DNA of 64,000 nt from contig JBEBXH010000027.1 in NCBI GenBank assembly GCA_040391785.1, positions 1,500-65,499 on the forward strand. Reading direction: 5' to 3'. The notes under the pieces were generated by a model. The model saw nothing but the letters and a program-made list of their open reading frames with translations. It searched no databases and was not told the DNA's origin. Positions 55,168-64,000 of the stretch are shown here, piece by piece (the first letter of the stretch is position 1; every line of letters starts with the position of its first letter). This DNA is from Victivallis vadensis. GTDB lineage: Bacteria; Verrucomicrobiota; Lentisphaeria; Victivallales; Victivallaceae. The position numbers and the translations under genes were made by a program.

Positions 55168-55237
55168 AAAACTTGACATTTCCGCATTTCAGTGCTACCT
55201 TTCTTTACTGGAAACCCATTAAAGGAGGAGGAATCTT

Positions 55238-56464
55238 ATGTGGAAAAAATGCATCGACATCAATGCTGTTCGTGAAATCAGGGTCCGCAATACCGTATTT
55301 TTCGGGGTAGGGGCCATCGCCAAGATTGATTTCATCGTTGAGAAGCTCAAAGAACGCGGCGTGAAAAACCTCCTGGTGGTTTCCGGCCGCGGCTCCTATA
55401 AATCGACCGGCGCCTGGGATTATGTCTCCGAAGCTCTGAAAAAGCACGGCATCGGCTACGAAATCTACGACAAAGTCACCCCGAATCCCACTGCGGACCA
55501 GGTGGATGAAGCCGTCGCGCTCGGCAAGAAAGTCAATGCGGACGCCGTGATCGGCATCGGCGGCGGCAGCCCGATCGACGCCGGCAAGAGTGCCGCGATC
55601 TTGCTGAAAAATCCGCAGTACAGCGCCCGCGATCTGTATGTTTTCAAATTTGAACCCAAGGAAGCGCTGCCGATCGTGGCGATTAACCTGACGCATGGCA
55701 CCGGCACGGAAGCGAACCGCTTCGCCGTGGTGACGATTCCGGAAACCAACTACAAACCGGCCATTGCCTGCGACTGTATTTATCCGCTGTATTCGATCGA
55801 CGATCCGGCGCTGACCACCGGGCTCTCGCTCAAGCAGACCTGTTATGTGAGCATCGACGCCGTGAATCACGTGGTGGAAGCCTCCACCTCCAAGGTGGTG
55901 AACCCGCTGGCCATTACTTTGGCCCGCCAGACCATCGATATCGTCAACGAATACCTGCCGCGCGTGATGGAGAATCCGAAGGATCTCGAAGCGCGTTATT
56001 TCCTGATGTATGCGGCCATGCTCGGCGGCGTTGCCTTCGACAACTCGCTGCTGCATTACACCCATGCGCTTGAGCATCCGTTGAGCGCGCTGAAACCGGA
56101 ACTGAGTCATGGCCTCGGGCTGGCCATGCTGCTGCCGGCGGTGGTTCAGAACATCTATCCGGTCTCCGGTCATGTGCTTTCCTATATTTTCGAACCGGCG
56201 ATCCCGCATTTCAAGGGTGAACCGGGCGAGGCCCACAAGTTCGCCGTCAAGGTCGAAAAATGGCTGAAGAAAATGGGCGCACCGGAAAAGCTCCGGGATG
56301 ACGGTTTCAAGGAAAGCGATATTGACGGGCTGGTGAACCTGGCCTTTAATACGCCGTCGCTGGAAGCCTTGATCGGCCTGGCACCGACCCAGAGCAGCTG
56401 CGAAGCCGTAGCCGAAATCTACCGCAACTCCCTCTGTCCGATGGACGACGGGAAAGACGATTAA
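55238..56464 (+). CDS. iron-containing alcohol dehydrogenase
   Basis: GIGGGSPIDAGK and HALEHPLS metal-site motifs. A strong AAAGGAGGAGG SD precedes the start. Confidence 0.85.
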   Translation: MWKKCIDINAVREIRVRNTVFFGVGAIAKIDFIVEKLKERGVKNLLVVSGRGSYKSTGAWDYVSEALKKHGIGYEIYDKVTPNPTADQVDEAVALGKKVNADAVIGIGGGSPIDAGKSAAILLKNPQYSARDLYVFKFEPKEALPIVAINLTHGTGTEANRFAVVTIPETNYKPAIACDCIYPLYSIDDPALTTGLSLKQTCYVSIDAVNHVVEASTSKVVNPLAITLARQTIDIVNEYLPRVMENPKDLEARYFLMYAAMLGGVAFDNSLLHYTHALEHPLSALKPELSHGLGLAMLLPAVVQNIYPVSGHVLSYIFEPAIPHFKGEPGEAHKFAVKVEKWLKKMGAPEKLRDDGFKESDIDGLVNLAFNTPSLEALIGLAPTQSSCEAVAEIYRNSLCPMDDGKDD

Positions 56465-56554
56465 ATTGGACGGCGGCGTTGCCGCCTGAATTGGACGCTG
56501 CCTGCGGCAGCTGAATTGGCCGGAGCCGTTGGCTCCTGAATTGGAGAATTCAGG
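56464..56554 (+). repeat. tandem REP-like array: three 25-nt units (conserved linker plus variable perfect hairpin) and a terminal 8-bp hairpin
   Basis: The three units are AATTGGAC-GGCGGC-GTT-GCCGCC-TG, AATTGGAC-GCTGCC-TGC-GGCAGC-TG and AATTGGCC-GGAGCC-GTT-GGCTCC-TG. The terminal hairpin is CCTGAATT-GGAG-AATTCAGG. The array starts at the last base of the ADH stop codon. Confidence 0.75.
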
Positions 56555-56632
56555 AAAGATGGTGTACCGGCCATATTTTTTTCTCGAAAACCAGTGAATA
56601 TTATATTTTTGTAATAAAACTTTTGATTGTGG

Positions 56633-56660
56633 TTGAAGTTTCCGGGGTTGGGGTTATAAT
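56633..56660 (+). promoter_or_regulatory. candidate sigma70 promoter for the DUF1559 gene
   Basis: TTGAAG (56633-38), a 16-nt spacer, then TATAAT (56655-60). Confidence 0.4.
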
Positions 56661-56703
56661 AAATATACAACAAGGGGTAAAATCAATAAATATGGAGAAA
56701 AGA

Positions 56704-57366
56704 ATGAAAAGGGATTTTACTCTCGTCGAACTGCTCGTGGTGATCGTGATTATCGCCATCCTCGCCGGGCTGATGCTGCCGGCTCTTAACAAGGCCCGTA
56801 ATTCGGCCGCCGCTTCCAACTGCCTCAGCAACAACAAGCAGATCGGGCTGTTCATTGCCCAGTATGTGCAGGATTCCGACAACCGGCTGCCGCTGGCCGC
56901 CGACGCGCCGAAGTGGGAAGAAGAAGTAGCCGGCGGATTGCACGGCTGGACGAACAGTTTGCGGATTGCCTGTGACGCCCAGAAAAAGATTTTTCACTGC
57001 ACCAAAGATACGGAGCGGAATTTCTCCTATTCGCTGAACTGTCGCGAGGTGTTTTTGCGCAGCAATAATCAATTCGGCGCATGGCACCAGACGCTGATCG
57101 ACCGGGCGAAAACCGGGGCGTCCAGCATGATTCTGATTGAGGAAACCGGGCGCGATAATGTGGTTTTCAGCAAAGAAGACAGCGATCATGATAACTATAC
57201 TCAGGATTGTGAACCATCCAATGACTTTGACCGCCATGGCGGGGTTGCGGTTCTGTTTATGGATATGCATGCCGAGAAATTGCAGAAATACGACTTCGAT
57301 AAGGTTACTTATTACACGACGGTTTTTAAAAACTGGAACGATATTACGAATGTCTCGCAGTTGTAA
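56704..57366 (+). CDS. prepilin-type N-terminal cleavage/methylation domain protein (DUF1559 family)
   Basis: [35 protein letters not shown] lies 6 nt before the ATG at 56704. C-terminal [14 protein letters not shown]. Confidence 0.85.
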   Translation: MKRDFTLVELLVVIVIIAILAGLMLPALNKARNSAAASNCLSNNKQIGLFIAQYVQDSDNRLPLAADAPKWEEEVAGGLHGWTNSLRIACDAQKKIFHCTKDTERNFSYSLNCREVFLRSNNQFGAWHQTLIDRAKTGASSMILIEETGRDNVVFSKEDSDHDNYTQDCEPSNDFDRHGGVAVLFMDMHAEKLQKYDFDKVTYYTTVFKNWNDITNVSQL

Positions 57367-57392
57367 TGGGATAAGTGGAGAGGAGGAGCAGG

Positions 57393-58154
57393 ATGGGGCT
57401 TTTCGGTAGTTTTTTCGGCAAAAAGAAAAGCAGTTCGAAAAATGAACATCAGTCGCTGTTTGACGGCGATTATGATATAGACCGGAGTAATTGGAACGAG
57501 GTTTTTTCCGCCTGTTTAGGGGAAATGATGGCGGTTCAAAGCGCCGTCGCGGAGTTGGTGGTAAGGGAACGGGAGTGGAACATGGATTTTGAGCGAGGGG
57601 TGATTTCCTTCGGTCAAGACGAATATCCGCTTCAGTTTATCGGTTCCGAGGCGAACGTATCCAACAGCTGGATGTGGGGTTGGGAGAATATCAATGAATT
57701 CGATGAGCAGATTCTGGAGCTCGCGAACGCCGCCAGGCAAACCGGTGAAGCATGGGGCCTTGAGCCGTTTGCCACGGCGCAATTCGAGCTCACAGAGACT
57801 GTCAATGGCCATCATTTAGCCATTGCCGCCTGCGGTATTTTCAGCGATAATTTGTGTTATTATCGTGGAGAGCATGACGCGGGCGCGGTTTTTGTGGCGT
57901 TCTCGGGGGTGCCGGACGAGGTATTTAACTCTGTCAAGATGCAGGACTTCATCGATATCACCATGTGGTGCATTCAGCAGTTCGAGGTCAACCATATTCT
58001 CTTTGTGGAGGGATTTCTGATCTGGAACGGCACGCCGTATGAGTGGCAGGGCAATACCATAGTCGCGCATTTCGACCAGGATTTGCGGATTGATTTCGAA
58101 CAGGCCGGGGAGGTCTGGCGGATCAGCCAGATTTTCGGCCGCCGCCTCGGATAA
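57393..58154 (+). CDS. hypothetical protein (254 aa)
   Basis: The ATG follows a GGAGGAG SD. Composition is host-like. No confident domain assignment. Confidence 0.55.
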   Translation: MGLFGSFFGKKKSSSKNEHQSLFDGDYDIDRSNWNEVFSACLGEMMAVQSAVAELVVREREWNMDFERGVISFGQDEYPLQFIGSEANVSNSWMWGWENINEFDEQILELANAARQTGEAWGLEPFATAQFELTETVNGHHLAIAACGIFSDNLCYYRGEHDAGAVFVAFSGVPDEVFNSVKMQDFIDITMWCIQQFEVNHILFVEGFLIWNGTPYEWQGNTIVAHFDQDLRIDFEQAGEVWRISQIFGRRLG

Positions 58155-58179
58155 AATAGAGCTTATCAACTAATAAGAG

Positions 58180-58212
58180 AAAAGGCCGGATTTTTGAGGT
58201 CCGGCCTTTTTT
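58180..58212. terminator. bidirectional rho-independent terminator between convergent genes
   Basis: GGCCGGA (58184-90) pairs with TCCGGCC (58200-06). An A-run lies upstream and a T6 run downstream. Confidence 0.75.
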
Positions 58213-58224
58213 GTATCTGCGCAA

Positions 58225-59514
58225 TTATTTCTTGCGGAAAGCTTCGAGCTCGTAAGCCGGGAGCTTCTTGTCGGCAAACACCGGTTTGAACTGGGTGAAG
58301 CGCTGACGGCCATTGATGACCGGGACGCTCGGCCAGTCTTCGCCAACCAGCGGACGGACGTAATTCATGAATTCGTCGGTCACGTCGCTGCCGTCGGCAG
58401 TGAGCCAGTTTTTCGGGAAGAAACGCTCGGAGTTGGCGACTTGTTCCAGCGACACTTTGTCGTAGCGGACCTGATAAATCAGGCCGGGCTCGCGGAGAAG
58501 GGTGGACATGAAGCCGCCCTGGCCCTCGGCAGCCAGCAGCACGGCCTTCTGGCCGCAGCGGTAGGCTTCGTCGAGGTCAACGGTCGAGGCGTAAATCGCC
58601 GTGGCGCGCTGGTCGGTGCCAAAGGCCTGGCCACGGGCGCTGCCGCGGGCATTGATGCCGTGTTTGTTCAGGTAATTGACCAGTGCCTGCTGCACGGTGG
58701 TTTCGCTGGCGCCGAACTGGGCGTGGCCGAAACTGTCCTTGGTGAAACCGAGGTCGCCGACGTCGCAGCCTTCGCTGACGACGACAACCGCGCGGCCGCG
58801 TTCCTTGACCGTGGCATTGATCTTGTCGGCCATCTGTTCCATGGTCAGACCGGCTTCGTAGAGGAAAATCAGCAGCGGGGTTTCGCGTTTCGGATCGGCG
58901 AGGCGGGCGGCGGCCGGGATGAAGCCGATTTTGCGGCCCATGGCCTGCAGGACGAGAACGGGGTCGGCCGGGCTGGAACCGCGGTTTTCTTCTTCGGCGT
59001 TCTGGACGATGTTGGACCAGTAGCGGGCCACGGAGCCGTAGCCGGGGGTGTGGTCGATGAGCTTGAATTCGGCGTCGCCCACGTCATTGTCGATGGTCTT
59101 GGGCACGCCGATGCCGATGCAGTCGAGGCCGCGCTCCTGAGCGAGCTTGGCGACTTTGTTGGCCGTGTCCATGGAGTCATTGCCGCCGTTGTAGAGGAAA
59201 TAACCGATGTTATGAGCCTTGATGACTTCGATGATACGCTCGAAATCTTCCTTTTGATTGGATTTCACCTTGTAGCGGCAGGTACCGATGGCGCCGGCGG
59301 CCGGGGTGTTGCGGAGCAGCGCGATTTCATCTTCGCACTGGCAGGAGAGATCAAGCAGTTCTTCCTTGAGCACGCCTTCGATGCCGTGCCAGCCCGCGTA
59401 GACCGTGCCGATCTTATCGGGAAAGGCCTTGGCCGCGTCGATCACGCCGCGCAGGGAACTGTTGATTACCGGCGAGGGCCCGCCGGACTGGGCAATGAGC
59501 AGATTTTTTTTCAT
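58225..59514 (-). CDS. pfp: pyrophosphate-dependent phosphofructokinase
   Basis: PFK fold. GGNDS stands in place of GGDGS, and GVPKTIDND in place of PGTIDND. These are the residue signatures classically linked to PPi dependence. Confidence 0.8.
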   Translation of the reverse strand: MKKNLLIAQSGGPSPVINSSLRGVIDAAKAFPDKIGTVYAGWHGIEGVLKEELLDLSCQCEDEIALLRNTPAAGAIGTCRYKVKSNQKEDFERIIEVIKAHNIGYFLYNGGNDSMDTANKVAKLAQERGLDCIGIGVPKTIDNDVGDAEFKLIDHTPGYGSVARYWSNIVQNAEEENRGSSPADPVLVLQAMGRKIGFIPAAARLADPKRETPLLIFLYEAGLTMEQMADKINATVKERGRAVVVVSEGCDVGDLGFTKDSFGHAQFGASETTVQQALVNYLNKHGINARGSARGQAFGTDQRATAIYASTVDLDEAYRCGQKAVLLAAEGQGGFMSTLLREPGLIYQVRYDKVSLEQVANSERFFPKNWLTADGSDVTDEFMNYVRPLVGEDWPSVPVINGRQRFTQFKPVFADKKLPAYELEAFRKK

Positions 59515-59526
59515 TCTTCCTCCGTA

Positions 59527-60504
59527 TTAATTATTTGGGAATATTGGCTTTTTCTGTTTACCGCGGATGACCGAGCTGGGGTCCTCGTCCAGTGTCGAGG
59601 TGAGTTCGGTGATGGTGTCGATGGCGTTGTTCAGCTTTTGCAGCGTGACTTTGAGGCTTTCCTCGAGGCTGGCGATCGAGCCGGATGCATTGCGTAGCGC
59701 CCCGGTCGTTTCCGGAATCTTGGAGTTGTGCATGATGGTATTGGACGCATTGCTGAGTTCATCGATCGACTTGATGGTGGAATTGAGGTTGTTGACCAGT
59801 TCATCCATCTTTTCGCGGGTCAGGACTTTGGCGATTTCGCCGGAAGCATTGTCGAGGTTGGTGCTCATGCGTTCGAGCCGCTCGATGCTGCCGCGCAGGT
59901 TGGGGTCGTCCAGCAGCTTTTTCATGGCGAGGAGGCTGTCGCCGATCTTATCGGAAATGCCCTGAAAGTCGACCTTGCTGAGTTTCTCCAGTGAACCGGA
60001 CACCAGTTTGAGGATATCGGTAATCTTGGAGGAGGTGGCCGGCACGAAAAAGACGCCATGATCGAGCCGTTCCGGTTTGATCACAACTCCACCGGGCTCA
60101 TGATAATTCAGTTCGACATAGCGCATACCGGTAATGCCCGCGAATTCAACGGTGGAACGCAGCCCGGACCCGACCTCGCGCTCCATGAATTTGTAGAAAT
60201 TGTGCAAATTATCGAGACTGCGGCTTTTTTGACTGGCGAAAGCCCGGAGATCCACCGACATGTCGACCCGGATCATTTTATCCTCGACCTGAAGCGCCAG
60301 CCCGGTGACGCTGCCGACTGGCACGCCCTTGTACTTGACGGCGGCTCCCACGTTCAGCCCCTGGACGGATTCCTGCATGTAGGATACCAACTTGCCCTTG
60401 GTGACAAAGGCGTCGCGCATGCCCAGGAGTGCAATGCAGACAATCAGCAGCAACACACCGGCCAGGACAAACAATCCGAGCCTGAATTTATTCACATCAG
60501 CCAT
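59527..60504 (-). CDS. mlaD: MlaD/MCE-domain protein
   Basis: N-terminal TM segment, then the MCE block GLNVGAAVKYKGVPVGSV and a coiled-coil tail. Confidence 0.8.
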   Translation of the reverse strand: MADVNKFRLGLFVLAGVLLLIVCIALLGMRDAFVTKGKLVSYMQESVQGLNVGAAVKYKGVPVGSVTGLALQVEDKMIRVDMSVDLRAFASQKSRSLDNLHNFYKFMEREVGSGLRSTVEFAGITGMRYVELNYHEPGGVVIKPERLDHGVFFVPATSSKITDILKLVSGSLEKLSKVDFQGISDKIGDSLLAMKKLLDDPNLRGSIERLERMSTNLDNASGEIAKVLTREKMDELVNNLNSTIKSIDELSNASNTIMHNSKIPETTGALRNASGSIASLEESLKVTLQKLNNAIDTITELTSTLDEDPSSVIRGKQKKPIFPNN

Positions 60505-60524
60505 ATATCATAATCTCCAATAAG

Positions 60525-61283
60525 TTATTCTGCACATTTCAACCCGGCGCGGGTCAGGAACTCGCGAACCCAGGGGTTTGGGGAGTCCTTTTTCAAATCC
60601 CGGACGGGGCCGTCGGCAACGATGGTTTTTTCGTTGCGGTCAAGCATAATCACGCGGTCAGTCACCGCGAAAATACTGTCGAGCTCGTGAGTCACGATGA
60701 CGATGGTCGTGCCGAGGCGGTCGCGCAAACTGAGGATCAAGCGGTCGAGTTCGGCGGAGGTGATCGGGTCGAGCCCGGCCGAGGGTTCGTCGAAAAAGAG
60801 TAGCGTGGGGTCGAGCGCCATGGCGCGGGCCAGCCCGGCGCGCTTGCGCATGCCGCCGCTGAGCTCGGACGGCATCAAATCGGCGGAACCGGCGAGGTCG
60901 ACCATGGCGAGTTTTTCTTCGATCACGGCCTTGATTTCGGCGGGCGTCTTGCTGGTGTATTCCTGCAGCGGGAGCGCGATGTTTTCGCCGATGGTCATCG
61001 AGCCGAACAGTGCGCCACCCTGATAGGTGACGCCGAATTTCCGCATCAGCACGCGCTTCGCTTCTTCCTCGGCCTTGACGATGCTCTCGCCGAAAATGAG
61101 GATGTCGCCGGCAAAGGGCTGGTAGAGGCCGATCATGTGCTTCAACAGCGTACTTTTGCCGCAGCCGGAACCGCCAAGGATTCCGAAAATCTCCGCCGGT
61201 TTGACCTCGAAACTTAAATTCTGCTGTACGACTTTGGTGCCGTAGCCGATCGTCAGGTCTTTTACTTCAATGACATTTTTCAT
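60525..61283 (-). CDS. mlaF: MlaF-like ABC ATP-binding protein
   Basis: Walker A GGSGCGKST, signature LSGGMRKR, and FFDEPSAGLDP. Confidence 0.88.
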   Translation of the reverse strand: MKNVIEVKDLTIGYGTKVVQQNLSFEVKPAEIFGILGGSGCGKSTLLKHMIGLYQPFAGDILIFGESIVKAEEEAKRVLMRKFGVTYQGGALFGSMTIGENIALPLQEYTSKTPAEIKAVIEEKLAMVDLAGSADLMPSELSGGMRKRAGLARAMALDPTLLFFDEPSAGLDPITSAELDRLILSLRDRLGTTIVIVTHELDSIFAVTDRVIMLDRNEKTIVADGPVRDLKKDSPNPWVREFLTRAGLKCAE

Positions 61284-61286
61284 ATT

Positions 61287-62105
61287 TTAATACCCCAACA
61301 GATAACATAATATCGTCATAATTGCGTCGGCGATCACGATAATGAAAATCGAGGTGACCACCGACGACGTCGTAGCACGTCCAACCCCCTGTGCATCGGT
61401 GCTGGACTGGAAACCACGGATGCAGCCCACCAGCGTGATGATGAATGCAAACACAATACTCTTGATCAATCCGATACTAAACGTGGAGATCTTCAACACT
61501 TCTATGGTACGTGAAAAATACGCCACCGACGGAATCCCCATCAGCCCGGTGCCGACAACGAAGCCGCCGAAAATCCCGCAGACATTTCCAAACACCGTCA
61601 GGGTCGGAATCGCGATCAGCATCGCCAGCAGTTTCGGCAGCACCAGGAAACGGACCGGCTCGATGCCCATGGTTTCGAGCGCGCTGATTTCTTCGTCGAC
61701 TTTCATGGTGCCGATTTCAGCGGCGAAGGCGGAACCGGCGCGGCCGGTGGCGATCATGGCAACCATCAGCGGCCCCATCTCTTTCAAAATGACAAAACCG
61801 ACCATATCGGCAATAAAGAGTTCACCACCATAGGTTCTCAGGATCACCGCTCCCTGGAACGCCATGATCAGGCCCATCAGGAGGCAGATCAGCGTGACGA
61901 TCGGCAGCGCCTGACTGCCGCAGAGGTCCATGTAATAAAAGATATCGTTCCAGCGGATTTTGTACTTACATTTCAGCGTTTTCCATGAAACCGACGTCAC
62001 GTCGCCGAGAAATGAAACCATGTCGTACATGTCTGCCTGATACTTCAGGTAGCGTTCGCCGACCAGTTCGATATAGCTGCGGATTTTAGACTTCACTTCA
62101 CTCAT
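61287..62105 (-). CDS. mlaE: MlaE-like ABC permease
   Basis: MlaE family block reads GPLMVAMIATGRAGSAFAAEIGTMKVDEEISALETMG. Confidence 0.88.
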   Translation of the reverse strand: MSEVKSKIRSYIELVGERYLKYQADMYDMVSFLGDVTSVSWKTLKCKYKIRWNDIFYYMDLCGSQALPIVTLICLLMGLIMAFQGAVILRTYGGELFIADMVGFVILKEMGPLMVAMIATGRAGSAFAAEIGTMKVDEEISALETMGIEPVRFLVLPKLLAMLIAIPTLTVFGNVCGIFGGFVVGTGLMGIPSVAYFSRTIEVLKISTFSIGLIKSIVFAFIITLVGCIRGFQSSTDAQGVGRATTSSVVTSIFIIVIADAIMTILCYLLGY

Positions 62106-62167
62106 GCCGATTAATGTATCACAAAAAACCGATTTTTAAATCCCCAAAAGTGTTTTTCGTGCAAATA

Positions 62168-62659
62168 TCAGAACCAGGCGTCGCGAATCAGCCTGGCGGT
62201 ACACTCCAGGGCCTCGGGCACGACCCGGGTGTCGCCGATCACCGGCATGAAGTTGCAGTCGCCGTTCCAGCGCGGTACGATGTGGAGGTGGATGTGATCC
62301 GCCACCCCTGCGCCCGCCGCGAGCCCGAGGTTGAACCCCACGTTGTAGCCTGCCGGGCACATGACTTTGTCCAGCACTTCCTTGGCGCGGATGCAGAGGT
62401 CCATGACTTCGAGCCGTTCCTCCGCGGTGAGCCCGGAAATATCGCCGAGATGACGATATGGTACGACCAGCAGGTGTCCCGAGTTATAGGGATAGCGGTT
62501 CAGGATCACAAAAGCGGCCTTGCCGCGATGGACGATCAGCGCTTCCTCGGGAATGTTTTCGACCGGGGTTTCCAGCCCGCACATGAAACAGCGTTTTTCC
62601 TTTTCGCCGCGGATAAATGAAATCCGCCACGGCGCCCACAGTGGCCTGTCCTGGCTCAT
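62168..62659 (-). CDS. HIT-family hydrolase
   Basis: Histidine triad HIHLHIVPRW. The start is placed at MSQDRPLWAPW (ATG at 62659). Confidence 0.88.
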   Translation of the reverse strand: MSQDRPLWAPWRISFIRGEKEKRCFMCGLETPVENIPEEALIVHRGKAAFVILNRYPYNSGHLLVVPYRHLGDISGLTAEERLEVMDLCIRAKEVLDKVMCPAGYNVGFNLGLAAGAGVADHIHLHIVPRWNGDCNFMPVIGDTRVVPEALECTARLIRDAWF

Positions 62660-62718
62660 AGATCGATCCCTCCTGAAAAATACGTTAAAAATTCCATAAA
62701 AGCGCTTGAAAATCGGGT

Positions 62719-62758
62719 CAAGCCATGTATATTTTATCTTTCTAATATATATGGCTTG
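62719..62758. promoter_or_regulatory. 14-nt inverted repeat overlapping a candidate rpmE promoter or leader
   Basis: CAAGCCATGTATAT (62719-32) faces ATATATATGGCTTG (62745-58); 13 of 14 positions are complementary. TTGAAA with a 16-nt spacer to TATATT lies just upstream and overlaps it. Confidence 0.35.
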
Positions 62759-62789
62759 AAATAAAATAACAATAAAAGGTTTGGTAAAA

Positions 62790-63008
62790 ATGAAAAAAGA
62801 TATCCATCCGAAATATGGCGCAGCCAAAGTGATCTGTGCTTGTGGCGAAGTCTGGGAACTCAACTCCACCCGTCCGGAATTCCGCGTCGGTATCTGCGCC
62901 AAGTGCCATCCGTTCTTCACCGGCAAACAGAAATTCGTGGACACCGCCGGTCGTGTCGAGCGTTTCCGCCAACGTTACGGCGATGTCGGCAACAAAGCCG
63001 GCAAGTAA
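62790..63008 (+). CDS. rpmE: 50S ribosomal protein L31 (Zn-ribbon form)
   Basis: MKKDIHPKY...CACG...[13 protein letters not shown]. Confidence 0.93.
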   Translation: MKKDIHPKYGAAKVICACGEVWELNSTRPEFRVGICAKCHPFFTGKQKFVDTAGRVERFRQRYGDVGNKAGK

Positions 63009-63020
63009 CATTTTGCATTC

Positions 63021-63055
63021 AAACCTGCCTGTATTACTGCAAGCAGGTTTTTTTG
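63021..63055 (+). terminator. rho-independent terminator after rpmE
   Basis: AAACCTGC...GCAGGTTT stem followed by a T7 run. Confidence 0.75.
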
Positions 63056-63065
63056 TGTCCGGAAT

Positions 63066-64000
63066 ATGAATTTATCCGATATTGAACACTATATTGAAAA
63101 ACTCCGCGCACGTGCCGCCGAGCTGGAAAACAAGCTCAACGACCCGTCGATCTACAGTCGCAGCGCGGAGTGCCGCCAGGTTTCGCGTGAACACCAGAAG
63201 CTGACCAATCTCTTCAAAACCTACGAGCGCTATCACCATGCCCAGACCGAGCTGGCCGACAACCGCGAAATGTTGAAAGCAGAAGAAGATACCGAGCTCA
63301 AGCAGATGATCGAAAATGACATCGAATCCCTTGAAAAGGAACTCGAACAACTCGAAGGCGAGATCAAGCTGGCGCTGCTGCCGCCGGACCCGAACGAGTC
63401 GCGCAATGTCATCATCGAAATGCATCCTGCGGCGGGCGGCGAAGAAGCGGCGCTTTTTGCCGGTGAACTCTACCGCGCATACCTCAAATTTGCCGACAGC
63501 AAGGGCTGGAAAGTGGAAAATCTCGACCTCGCGATGAGCGAGCTCGGCGGACTGAAAAATGCCGCGTTTTCGCTCGATGGCGACGATGTTTATGCGTTGA
63601 TGCGCTTCGAGTCCGGTGTTCACCGCGTACAGCGCGTGCCGACCACCGAGTCCGGAGGCCGCATCCACACCTCGACCATTACCGTGGCCGTGCTGGCCGA
63701 AGCCGAAGAGGTCGAACTCGAAATCAAGCCGGAAGATCTGCGTTTCGATGTATTCCGTTCGTCCGGCCCCGGCGGCCAGTGCGTAAATACCACCGACTCA
63801 GCGGTGCGCGTAACCCATATTCCCACCGGGTTCTCCGTCGCCAGCCAGCAGGAAAAATCCCAGCACCGCAACAAGGAAATCGCTTTGCGGATTCTGCGTG
63901 CAAGATTGTTGGAGAAACTCCAGCAGGAAGAACTGGCCAAGCAGGCCGCCGACAAGCGTGCCCAGGTCGGTACCGGTGATCGCAGCGAGCGCATCCGTAC
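63066..64000 (+). CDS. prfA: peptide chain release factor 1, 3'-partial (runs off the window; absent from the ORF track because it has no stop)
   Basis: My own translation gives MNLSDIEHYIEKL...RVQRVPTTESGGRIHTS (the RF1-type P-x-T context)...SGPGGQCVNTTDSAVRVTHIPTG (GGQ). Confidence 0.93.
   Translation, partial: MNLSDIEHYIEKLRARAAELENKLNDPSIYSRSAECRQVSREHQKLTNLFKTYERYHHAQTELADNREMLKAEEDTELKQMIENDIESLEKELEQLEGEIKLALLPPDPNESRNVIIEMHPAAGGEEAALFAGELYRAYLKFADSKGWKVENLDLAMSELGGLKNAAFSLDGDDVYALMRFESGVHRVQRVPTTESGGRIHTSTITVAVLAEAEEVELEIKPEDLRFDVFRSSGPGGQCVNTTDSAVRVTHIPTGFSVASQQEKSQHRNKEIALRILRARLLEKLQQEELAKQAADKRAQVGTGDRSERIR

Noticed and set aside
56464-56554. Possible CRISPR array, suggested by regularly spaced repeats
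   Set aside because: The conserved part is only about 10 nt and the period is 25 nt. The variable parts are self-complementary GC hairpins. No cas genes are present. It is better described as a REP-like or terminator array.

Overview
This 64-kb window comes from a high-GC bacterial chromosome (about 60% GC by eye). The host is probably in the PVC superphylum, Lentisphaerota- or Kiritimatiellota-like. Three prepilin-type DUF1559 genes sit beside sugar regulators and DUF4838/DUF4091-like glycosidase genes, which fits that guess. Positions 1 to about 9500 form an AT-rich accessory island (by eye 25-45% GC). It abuts the 3' side of a tRNA-Thr(CGU) gene (9553-9628, minus), and its left end lies outside the window. 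The island carries four unrecognisable plus-strand genes, one a lipoprotein and one an acidic protein. It also carries a small serine recombinase, a class-II glutamine amidotransferase plus Amidoligase_2 pair, and a possible decayed integrase fragment. The most notable cargo is a translationally coupled operon of two different reverse transcriptases (5721-6911 and 6913-8859, both with intact YVDD). That layout matches the DRT type 3 (UG3+UG8) antiphage architecture, with structured non-coding DNA on both flanks. The family assignment rests on motifs and architecture only and needs profile searches. The remaining 54 kb is ordinary core genome: glmS, an aconitase, ung, an etfBA plus FAD-oxidase module, pdxB, thiI, nfo, gltS, ydbH-ynbE-ydbL, mutL, hisE, hisG, kdsD, an Fe-ADH, pfp, mlaFED, a HIT gene, rpmE and prfA. 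Within the core there are several unexplained non-coding structures. One is a small REP-like family of conserved AATTGG linkers with covarying GC hairpins placed right after stop codons, seen at two loci. Another is a pair of inverted heptamer arrays. A third is an inverted triple ATGGAC repeat. The many long antisense ORFs in the track are high-GC shadow ORFs.
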